DNA of 32,000 nucleotides from Stigmatella ashevillensis (lineage in GTDB: Bacteria > Myxococcota > Myxococcia > Myxococcales > Myxococcaceae), in the NCBI RefSeq assembly GCF_028368975.1, contig NZ_JAQNDM010000002.1, forward strand, positions 2,024,007-2,056,006, in the 5' to 3' direction. The notes beneath the pieces were generated by a model. That model worked only from the letters and a program-made list of their open reading frames with translations, was not told the DNA's origin and searched no databases. This document shows positions 9,947-18,783 of the stretch, piece after piece. A program made the position numbers and the translations under genes. Position 1 is the first letter of the stretch, and each line of letters opens with the position of its first letter.

Positions 9947-9958
9947 GAGAACCCTTGG

Positions 9959-11509
<1,551 letters not shown>

Positions 11510-11624
11510 GGCACGCCTTCCGAAGGGCGCGGCACCGTAGCCAAGGCGCCCCCGGGACGCAACGCAACATGACGCCCGCCCCCTCCCTGGGAGTGGGCCC
11601 CAACCTTTTTCCGCCCAAGAGATA

Positions 11625-12008
11625 TTACGAGGCGGACATCATCAGGAAGGCCGCCACCGCCGCCGCCAGGAGCAACGGGATGAGCACTTCCACGGGGAAG
11701 CGGTAATACGTGTGGGCCAAGTGCAGCTTGCGCAGGCCGAACCGCCGCTCGCGCTTCACCCGGTTCAACACCATGGAGGCCAGGGCCTGAGGGGCTTTCT
11801 CCCGCTCCACCTGGCGCACCCGCAGGACCGTCTTCTCGTAGCGGACCCAGCCCGCACGGCACTCGTCGCACCCGTCCAGGTGACTGCGCACCGCCTGCGC
11901 CTGCGGCGGGGGCAGCTCCTCATCGGCGAGCGCGAAGAACAAGGCCTTCGCGTCGCGGTGGCTCAGTCGCGGTTCCACGCCCCTCAGTCTGTGCTGATTC
12001 GCGCTCAT
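11625..12008 (-). CDS. Zinc-binding (ZAS, zf-HC2) anti-sigma factor, tail-anchored
   Basis: 127 aa. HxxxCxxC motif in SHLDGCDECRAGW. Single C-terminal TM helix (FPVEVLIPLLLAAAVAAFLMM) with only about 3-5 residues after it. The start overlaps the sigma-factor stop as ATGA (12005-12008), implying translational coupling. Confidence 0.7.
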   Translation of the reverse strand: MSANQHRLRGVEPRLSHRDAKALFFALADEELPPPQAQAVRSHLDGCDECRAGWVRYEKTVLRVRQVEREKAPQALASMVLNRVKRERRFGLRKLHLAHTYYRFPVEVLIPLLLAAAVAAFLMMSAS

Positions 12009-12631
12009 TCCTCAAGCCGTCCCAGGATGTCCGCCAACTTCTCTCGTGCCCGGTGGAGGCGGCTCTTCACCGTCCCCTCGGGCAGCTCCGTGATGTCGAC
12101 AATCTCTTCGTAGCTCAACCCCTCGATTTCCCGGAGCGCCACCAGCATCCGCGCATCGGGTTCGAGCTGCGAGATGGCCCGCTGCACCCGGGCCCGCTCC
12201 CGCGCCGCGTCCAACATCGCATCCGGGGTGGGCGGCGCCTCCAGAACCCCCGAAAGTTCCTTCTCACCTACGTCCACATACTCAGCCGAGCGGCCCCGGC
12301 CCCGGCGGTTCAGGTACTTGAGCCGGTTGAGGCACTGGTTCTTGCTGATGCGGAAGAGCCACGTGGAGAGCTTCGCGTCCTCGCGGAACTTGCGCAGGTT
12401 CTGGTGGACGCTGACGAAGATTTCCTGGACCAGGTCGTGCGCCTCCTCCCGGTCCCCCAGCATCCGCACACAGAAGTCGTACACCCGGTCCTGGTGCTCC
12501 CGGACGAGCTCCTCGAAGGCCTCGGGCTCCCCCTGGCGCAACCGTGCCAGCAGCACGCGCTCGGCCGCACCCGGGCTCCCGGTGGCTCCTGTTGGCTCCT
12601 GTCCGATGCCGAGCACTCCGCTCAAGAACAC
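12005..12631 (-). CDS. ECF-type RNA polymerase sigma-70 family factor
   Basis: 208 aa with a GTG start. Region 2 (EAFEELVREHQDRVYDFCVRMLGDREEAHDLVQEIFVSV and TWLFRISKNQCLN) and region 4 (LVALREIEGLSYEEIVDITELPEGTVKSRLHRAREKL). Confidence 0.9.
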   Translation of the reverse strand: MFLSGVLGIGQEPTGATGSPGAAERVLLARLRQGEPEAFEELVREHQDRVYDFCVRMLGDREEAHDLVQEIFVSVHQNLRKFREDAKLSTWLFRISKNQCLNRLKYLNRRGRGRSAEYVDVGEKELSGVLEAPPTPDAMLDAARERARVQRAISQLEPDARMLVALREIEGLSYEEIVDITELPEGTVKSRLHRAREKLADILGRLEE

Positions 12632-12708
12632 CCGAGACCTCCCGCGGCCTGGTGCGCAGGGAGCGTCCGAGGCCTACATCGGCCCCGGCCACCCTGCCCT
12701 CCGCTCCC

Positions 12709-12736
12709 TTGGACACCCGGGCCGCGCGAAGGTTCC
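12709..12736 (-). promoter_or_regulatory. Candidate ECF (sigmaE-like) promoter upstream of the ECF sigma gene
   Basis: The minus strand reads GGAACCT (12736..12730), a 16-nt spacer, then TCCAA (12713..12709). This matches the GGAACTT-N16-TCnAA shape I recall for RpoE-type promoters. It lies about 75-105 nt upstream of the GTG start and just after the prfB stop. Motif match only. Confidence 0.35.
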
Positions 12737-12749
12737 CCACTTCTTCCGG

Positions 12750-13872
12750 TCAGTCGACCGAAGCGCTGCGGTTGGGGTTCTTCACCCCCAGGAGCTGCGC
12801 GGTGACGAACTGCTCCAGGTCCCCGTCCAGCACCGCGTCCACATTGCCCGTCTCCACCCCGGTCCGCAGGTCCTTCACCATCCGGTACGGGGCCAGGACG
12901 TAGCTGCGAATCTGACTGCCGAAGCTGATGTCCTTCTTCTGCGCCTCCGCCGCGTCGCGCTCGGCCTCGCGCTTCTTGAGCTCCAGCTCGTAGAGCCGCG
13001 CGCGGAGAATCTTGAACGCCATGTCCTTGTTGGCTGACTGCGAGCGTTCCGTCTGGCAGGTGATGAGGATGTTGGTGGGCAGGTGGCGCAGCTGCGCCGT
13101 GGACGACGTCTTGTTCACCTTCTGACCGCCCGCGCCGCCACCGCGGATGAACTTCAGCTCGTAGTCCTTCTCCGGGATGTCGATGCGGATGGAGTCATCC
13201 ACCTCGGGGTAGACGTCCACCGACGCGAAGGCCGTCTGCCGGCGGGCGTTGGCATCAAAGGGGCTGATGCGCACCAGCCGGTGCACCCCCACCTCGGCCT
13301 TGAGGTAGCCGTAGGCGTACTCGCCCCGGATGTGCAGCGAGACGTTCTTGAAGCCCGCCTCTTCGCCCGCGACCATGTCGCTGATCTCGACTTCCCAGCC
13401 CCGCTCCTCGCAGAAGCGGGTGTACATGCGCATCAGCATGGCGGCCCAGTCCATGCTGTCCGTGCCGCCCGCCCCCGCGTTGATGTCCATGAAGCAGTTG
13501 CTGCGGTCGTTCTCGCCCGAGAGCATCCGCGCCAGCTCGAGCTTGGCGATGTCCGCCTCCAGCGAGGGCAACAAGCCCTCTGCCTCGGTGGCACTGGCCT
13601 CGTCGTTGGCCTCCTGGGCCAGCTCCATCAAGGTCTGAGCGTCGTCCAGGCCCCGGAGCGTCTTGTCAAAGGCGGCCACGCTGGCCTCCAGCGTGGACTT
13701 CTCCTTCAGCAGGGCCTGGGCCTTGGTGTTGTCGTCCCAGAAGTTGGGGAGCGTGGAGTCACGGTCGATCAGCGAGATGCGGGACCTCTTGCGGTCGAGG
13801 TCAAAGATGCCCCCGGAGCGCCAGCAGACGCTCTCGCAAACCGTTGATCTTCTCCATCGTGTCGTTCGCCAT
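12750..13872 (-). CDS. prfB: Peptide chain release factor 2, requiring a programmed +1 frameshift
   Basis: ORF0 runs from the ATG at 13872..13870 and encodes MANDTMEKINGLRERLLALRGHL, then TGA at 13803..13801. The +1 frame continues DLDRKRSRISLIDRDSTLPNFWDD... to the stop at 12750. It carries the RF2 SPF tripeptide (RISPFDANARRQTAFASV) and GGQ (RGGGAGGQKVNKTSS). Confidence 0.95.
13800..13815 (-). promoter_or_regulatory. prfB autoregulatory +1 frameshift site
   Basis: The minus strand reads CGG GGG CAT CTT TGA C. This has the same architecture as the E. coli site AGG GGG TAT CTT TGA C: an internal SD-like GGGGG, a 3-nt spacer, a slippery CTT, and a weak TGA-C stop. Confidence 0.9.
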
Positions 13873-13904
13873 GGCTCAATCCTCGTCAGCACGCAGCCCG
13901 CGCG

Positions 13905-15212
13905 CTAGGGGGTCTTCAGGGAAGACGAAAGAGACTGTTCACCCGGCGGCCGAAGCGTCGCGCGGCTTCGCACCCGGTCCAGCCAGAAAGCGCCCGCGAA
14001 GCCCACCGAGATGGGCAAGAGGAGCGCGATGAGCCGCCAGTTGTCCTGGTTGAACAGGGGCAGGACCTTGAGCACCAGCCCGAGCCCCCCCAGGCCCGCC
14101 AACACACACCACAGGGTCACCAGCCGCGCCCGGGCCTTCACCGAGCCCCATGCGAACTGAAGCCCCAGCGGCACCAACAGCAACGTCACCGGGTTGGCCA
14201 GGAAGAGGTTCTCGTTGCGGTACGTCACCGTGTGGTTGGTGACCAGCCACATGATGAACAAGGCCGTGCCCGGCAAACCGAACACCAACCCCAGCACCAC
14301 GTGCTCCAACCCGAGCAGAACCCGCGGCCACCGGCTGCCCCGGCGTCCCCAGGCCATCAGCCCCAGGGCGCTCGCGCCCACGGCGAGCCCCATCACCAAC
14401 ATCCAGGGGGCATAGCCAGGCGGCTGCTCCGGTACCGCGGGCCGGTCCGACTGGAAGTAGGTCCAGCCCTTCGCCAGGAGGGGGGCCTTCTGCCCATCCG
14501 GACGCTCCACCTGAAGCGCGGCCACCTGCCGCTCCAGCTCGTCCGGCAGGAAGGCCTCCTCCCAGCGGGTGATCGGCCGGTCGATCTCATCGTTCATCAG
14601 AAAGTCGAGCAGCACGCTCATGGGCGGGCTCACCGCGGTGTAACGGCGCGTGTGCTCCCGCAGCGTCATCCGGGCGGGGGCGCGGTCTGCCTGCCGGAGC
14701 TGCCCTCCCACGGCCCGGTCGATCATGTCGCGAAGCCGCGTGACGCAGTTGTCGTCGTAGTGGTGGTACAGGTACTCGCGGTTCTCCGGCAGGACGTTGT
14801 CCGCGAGCAGGCTGCCCATCAACAACCGCTGCTCGGGGGTCAGGTTCAGCACCTGGACGCGGACATCGCGGTCGAGCGCCTCATAGTGCCGGTAGGTCCC
14901 CGCCACGCTCGCCTCGTCCACCCAGAACTCGAGCCGCCCCATCGCGTAGCGGCTCAGCATGGTGCTGTCGAAAGAGAACATGCCGTAGTTGTAGAGGCGC
15001 TGCTTGCCCAGCCGCGTGTCCTCCACGACGAGGGAGCCATGCCCCCACCAGGAGGCCACATCGTCCCCCGGGCTGAAGGTCACCAGGGAGATGACCAGGT
15101 CCTCGCCCCGGCTCTCCCCCGTTCCCCACGGGGGGCGGGCAGCGGCGTGGACAGGGGCCGCGAGCAGCAATGGGCCAATCAGGCAGATGAGCAGGGGCAC
15201 AAGGCGAGGCAT
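13905..15212 (-). CDS. DUF4105 (Lnb-like N-terminal periplasmic domain) protein with a C-terminal multi-TM domain
   Basis: I prefer the start at the ATG at 15212..15210, giving MPRLVPLLICLIGPLLLAAPVHAA (signal peptide). The track ORF to 15662 overlaps ybeY. VISLVTFSPGDDVASWWGHGSLVV, YNYGMFSF and HHYDDNCVTRLRDMID match my recollection of DUF4105. The C-terminal ~170 aa contain 4-5 hydrophobic helices. Confidence 0.7.
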   Translation of the reverse strand: MPRLVPLLICLIGPLLLAAPVHAAARPPWGTGESRGEDLVISLVTFSPGDDVASWWGHGSLVVEDTRLGKQRLYNYGMFSFDSTMLSRYAMGRLEFWVDEASVAGTYRHYEALDRDVRVQVLNLTPEQRLLMGSLLADNVLPENREYLYHHYDDNCVTRLRDMIDRAVGGQLRQADRAPARMTLREHTRRYTAVSPPMSVLLDFLMNDEIDRPITRWEEAFLPDELERQVAALQVERPDGQKAPLLAKGWTYFQSDRPAVPEQPPGYAPWMLVMGLAVGASALGLMAWGRRGSRWPRVLLGLEHVVLGLVFGLPGTALFIMWLVTNHTVTYRNENLFLANPVTLLLVPLGLQFAWGSVKARARLVTLWCVLAGLGGLGLVLKVLPLFNQDNWRLIALLLPISVGFAGAFWLDRVRSRATLRPPGEQSLSSSLKTP

Positions 15213-15286
15213 GTTCCGTCCAACACGCGGGAGGTGCCTACCTATCATGTGCCCCGGATGGCACAACCGCGAGCTTCGTCCGTCCG

Positions 15287-16135
15287 TCAGACGAGCCGCC
15301 GGACACGATCGGCTCGGACCGCGTCCGCCACCATTCCCCGCTCCCCGAGCAGCTTCTCCTCCAGGGACGCCATCTTCCGGGCATCGTAGGTGCGCTCGTG
15401 GTCGTGCCCGAGCAGGTGCAGCAGGCCATGCGCCAGGTAGCGGGCCATCTCGGACTCCATCGTCCGGCCATACTCCTTGGCCTGGCGCTTCGCGGTGTCG
15501 ATGGAGATGACCACGTCCCCGAGCTGCCGCGGCCCGGGGGTCCCCTTGGGCAGATCCCCGGCGGGAAAGCTCAGCACGTCCGTGGCCTTGTCCTTCTTGC
15601 GCCAGGTGCGGTTGAGCCTTCGGATGGCCCTGTCCCCCACCAGGGAGAGGGACAGCTCGCACCCGCGCAGCTCCAACCGGTCCAGGAAGGTGCGCCCCAG
15701 CGACGCGAGCGACCGGGCAAAACCCTCCCCCTGCGAGTGGGCCACCTGCACCGTGACGTGGTTGTCCCGGGGCGGCGGGGCCACGGGCACCTCCACGTGG
15801 GCCAGCTCCGGACGGAACGCCGGTGCACAGATGGACCAGTAGTCGCAGGCCCCCTTTCCATCGTTGCGATAGAGGACGCGACTGCCTCGCGGCACCAGCC
15901 CCACCTCGCCCGGACCAATGCGCTCGCGCTTGCCGTCGATGACGATCGTCAGCTCGCCCTTCTGCACGAGCACCACTTCGTCGAACTCGGGCTTCTGCGC
16001 AGGCTTGGACCAGCCCGGCGGCGCCAGCATGCGCGCCACGGACGCGGAGGGGGTGTTCGTGGTGGCCGCGCCGACGAACTCCTCGATGCGCTTGCCGTCC
16101 TCACGGGGAATGAGCTTGCCCTTGCGCAGTCTCAC
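15287..16135 (-). CDS. ybeY: Cupin domain fused to rRNA maturation endoribonuclease YbeY
   Basis: The C-terminal half has the YbeY features DKATDVLSFP and the zinc motif HGLLHLLGHDHE. The N-terminal ~135 aa (MLAPPGWSKPAQKPEFDEVVLVQKGELTIVIDGKRERIGPGEVGLVPRGSRVLY) look like a small cupin barrel. I prefer the GTG at 16135..16133, preceded by AAGGAAAA. The track ATG at 16183 would overlap pgpH by 23 nt. Confidence 0.8.
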   Translation of the reverse strand: MRLRKGKLIPREDGKRIEEFVGAATTNTPSASVARMLAPPGWSKPAQKPEFDEVVLVQKGELTIVIDGKRERIGPGEVGLVPRGSRVLYRNDGKGACDYWSICAPAFRPELAHVEVPVAPPPRDNHVTVQVAHSQGEGFARSLASLGRTFLDRLELRGCELSLSLVGDRAIRRLNRTWRKKDKATDVLSFPAGDLPKGTPGPRQLGDVVISIDTAKRQAKEYGRTMESEMARYLAHGLLHLLGHDHERTYDARKMASLEEKLLGERGMVADAVRADRVRRLV

Positions 16136-16160
16136 AATAGGTTTTCCTTGGGCGGATGCT

Positions 16161-18674
16161 TCAGGCGCTCCGGGCCTTGCCATCGCTCTTGCCGTCCGGC
16201 TTCACGGTGGAGGCCACCATCAACGGTGCCGTCTTCGGCCCTCCACCCATGGCTCCGGCCGGGTACTCAGGGCGCGCATGGTAGATCCCCTCCAGCGTGT
16301 GCAGGAAGGAATCCGAGATCAGATTCAAATCCTTGAGTGTCAGATCGCACTCATCAAGCTGCCCCTCGGAGAAGATGATGTTGATCATCTTCTGCACCTG
16401 CGCGTGCAGCTTCGCCTTCGTGGGCTCGGGCATGGCGCGCGTGGAGGCCTCCACCGCATCGGCGATCATGACCAGCGCCGCCTCACGGAACTGAGGCTTG
16501 GGGCCGGGATAGCGGTAGATGCTCTCGTCGAGCGGCTGGGCGTTCTCCTTGCCCTCCTGCTCCTTGACGGCCTTGTGGAAGAAGTAGCCGACCAGCCGCG
16601 TGCCGTGGTGCTGGGGGATGGCGTCCGCCACCAGCTTGGGCAACCGGTACTGGCGGGCCATCTCCAACCCCTCCGTCACGTGGCGCTTGATGATGACGGC
16701 GCTCATCGCCGGGGCCAGCGAATCGTGCCGGTTCTCCCCCTTCTGGTTCTCACCGAAGAAGAGCGGGTTCCGGCCCTTTCCAATGTCGTGGTAGTAGGCG
16801 CACGAGCGCGCCAGCAGCGGGTTCGCGCCAATGGCCTCGGCCGCGTTCTCCACCAGCGAGCCGATGATGATGGAGTGGTGGTAGGTGCCCGGCGCCTGGA
16901 CGATGAGCTCCTTGAGCGCCGGGTGGTTCAGATTGGCCAGCTCCAACAGCTTGATGTCCGAGGCGTAGCCAAAAACGGACTCCAGCAGCGGCGTGAGCGC
17001 CATCACCATCACCGGGACCGCCAGGGCCGTGCCCACCCCCGCGAACAGCGCGGTGAGCACCGTCTCCGTGGTGAGCCCCTTGCCCTCCACCAGGAAGAGG
17101 AAGAGCACGGCCACCAGCTCCACCACGCCCGTGACGAGGCCCGCCTTGAAAATGCCCACCCGGTCGCGCGCCCGGGTGATGCGGTCCGCCGCCACCAGCG
17201 AACCCACCAGCGTGTAGATGCCAAAGGACAGGGAGTTGCCCAGCATCACGCCTGCCAGACACGCCAACACCAGCGCGAAGAAGAGCGACAGCTCCTCGGA
17301 GAGGAGGAAGCGCACGAGCATCGCGCCCGCCGCCATCGGGAAGGCGTAATAGAGCGCCTCGATGGGCAGCTCCGTGTAGCGGTCCTGGATGGCGTCCGCG
17401 ATGGACACCCAGAGCTGGAGCAGCCCCAGCACCCCCACCAGCAGCAGGCCCAGCAACATGCCGTCCTTGCGCGTGGGCCGGAAGCGCCGGAACGCGGTCC
17501 GGCAGAAGGCAAAGGAGGCGGCAATGAGCAGCGCGACCAGGCCCGTGCCCCCCACCTGAAGCTGGAGCAGGTCCAACCGGTCGGTCTGCGCCCGCATCCC
17601 CTTGAGGATGACCAGGTGCGTCTCGTTGACCAGCTCCCCGTCTCCGATGACGCGCTGGCCCTTCTTCATGGAGATGACGGCGTCCTTCACCGCATCCGAG
17701 GCCCTCAGACGCCTCGCGTTCGTCTCCGCGATGTTGATGGTGAGGTTGGGCCGCACCAGCCGCTTGGCCAGCCGCAGCACCGCCCGCCGCTGCGCGCCCG
17801 GCGCATCGGGCAGCAGGTTTCCCGGAATGGAGGCAAAGCGGTCCAACTCCGAATGCGCCTCCCGCACGTCCAACACCCCGGGCGCGGTGCCCGGCAAGGT
17901 CTGCTCACCCGCGTGGCGCACGTCCCGGACGGTGATGCCCTGGGGGCCTTCCCGGGACAATTCTTCCCGGGAGCCACCGATGAACAGGGGGCCCCGCTCC
18001 GAGCCATAAGCGCGCTCCAGCAACGAGAGGGTGGCCACCTCGGCCTCCTCCGAGAATCCGTTGGTCAGGAGCGCCTGGAAGTCCTCCGCCTCCATGGCCG
18101 CATCCCGCTGGCCAAACAGCTGCTCCTGGAAGTCCGCCTGCAGCGACTCGCGCTCCTTGCGCTGCCGCTCGGTCTCCTGGGGCGTGAGCGCGGCCGGCTT
18201 GCGGCCGGGCTTGACCACCTCCCGGCGCGCCTCGGGCTCCTCTCCCGCTTGAGCGCTCTCCTCGGCCGCCTTGGCGGCCAGGCGGGCACGCAGGTCCGCG
18301 AACGCACTCTTCACGGCGCTGCGGACATCCGCCCCCACCCCGGGATTCAAGTCATACACCGGCCGCACGGAGCCCCGGGCTTCCTGGCGCCGCTGCTCCG
18401 TCATGGCACTGTGGCTGATTTCGTAGTCCCGCGCGGCCTTGAAGCCCGCGGGCGAGTTGGCCCGGAAGGGCTTGCCCAGGTGCTCCTCGGCCAGCGCTGG
18501 AATCTGCTGGCTGTAGAGCCCCGGGGAAATGACAAAGCCGGCGGCCACCGAAACGATGAGCAGCAGCAGCACGTGCGTCACGCGCCTGCCCCACAGCTCG
18601 CTGCTCAACTTGAGACGGCGGGTGAAGGCGTCCACTGGGCTGGGCCCAGGGGGCGAAGGTTCCGGTTCGGCCAT
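16161..18674 (-). CDS. pgpH: 7TM-HD membrane phosphohydrolase (PgpH/YqfF family)
   Basis: N-terminal TM helix, a large extracytoplasmic domain, a 7-TM block, then an HD domain (HHSIIIGSLVENAAEAIG, CAYYHDIGKG, IPQHHGTRLVGYFF). I prefer the ATG at 18674, preceded by GAGGAA. The track start is the GTG at 18686. Shows the phoH-pgpH-ybeY order known from Firmicutes. Confidence 0.85.
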   Translation of the reverse strand: MAEPEPSPPGPSPVDAFTRRLKLSSELWGRRVTHVLLLLIVSVAAGFVISPGLYSQQIPALAEEHLGKPFRANSPAGFKAARDYEISHSAMTEQRRQEARGSVRPVYDLNPGVGADVRSAVKSAFADLRARLAAKAAEESAQAGEEPEARREVVKPGRKPAALTPQETERQRKERESLQADFQEQLFGQRDAAMEAEDFQALLTNGFSEEAEVATLSLLERAYGSERGPLFIGGSREELSREGPQGITVRDVRHAGEQTLPGTAPGVLDVREAHSELDRFASIPGNLLPDAPGAQRRAVLRLAKRLVRPNLTINIAETNARRLRASDAVKDAVISMKKGQRVIGDGELVNETHLVILKGMRAQTDRLDLLQLQVGGTGLVALLIAASFAFCRTAFRRFRPTRKDGMLLGLLLVGVLGLLQLWVSIADAIQDRYTELPIEALYYAFPMAAGAMLVRFLLSEELSLFFALVLACLAGVMLGNSLSFGIYTLVGSLVAADRITRARDRVGIFKAGLVTGVVELVAVLFLFLVEGKGLTTETVLTALFAGVGTALAVPVMVMALTPLLESVFGYASDIKLLELANLNHPALKELIVQAPGTYHHSIIIGSLVENAAEAIGANPLLARSCAYYHDIGKGRNPLFFGENQKGENRHDSLAPAMSAVIIKRHVTEGLEMARQYRLPKLVADAIPQHHGTRLVGYFFHKAVKEQEGKENAQPLDESIYRYPGPKPQFREAALVMIADAVEASTRAMPEPTKAKLHAQVQKMINIIFSEGQLDECDLTLKDLNLISDSFLHTLEGIYHARPEYPAGAMGGGPKTAPLMVASTVKPDGKSDGKARSA

Positions 18675-18722
18675 TCGATTCCTCACCCTATGAGAGCCTG
18701 GGCGGCTACATCAAGGACGCAG

Positions 18723-18747
18723 GGCACCGGAACATTTCTCCGGTGCC
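18723..18747. other. Intercistronic GC-rich hairpin between phoH and pgpH
   Basis: GGCACCGGA (18723-18731) pairs perfectly with TCCGGTGCC (18739-18747) around a 7-nt loop. It lies in the 109-nt gap between the phoH stop and the pgpH start. No U-tract follows on the minus strand. Confidence 0.35.
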
Positions 18748-18783
18748 GCCGTCACTGCCCGGCCGGCTGGCCAGGTACTCGGA

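Noticed and set aside
15248-15265. A small hairpin, TGTGCC-N6-GGCACA, between ybeY and the DUF4105 gene.
   Set aside because: It has only 6 bp and no U-tract, and it overlaps an alternative ATG start (15248). This is not distinguishable from chance in GC-rich DNA.
15213-15662. The N-terminal 150 aa of the 585-aa track ORF (13905-15662), which overlaps ybeY.
   Set aside because: The sequence is low-complexity (Gly/Arg/Pro/Ala). A clean signal peptide begins at the ATG at 15212, and the overlapped region is occupied by the conserved YbeY C-terminus.
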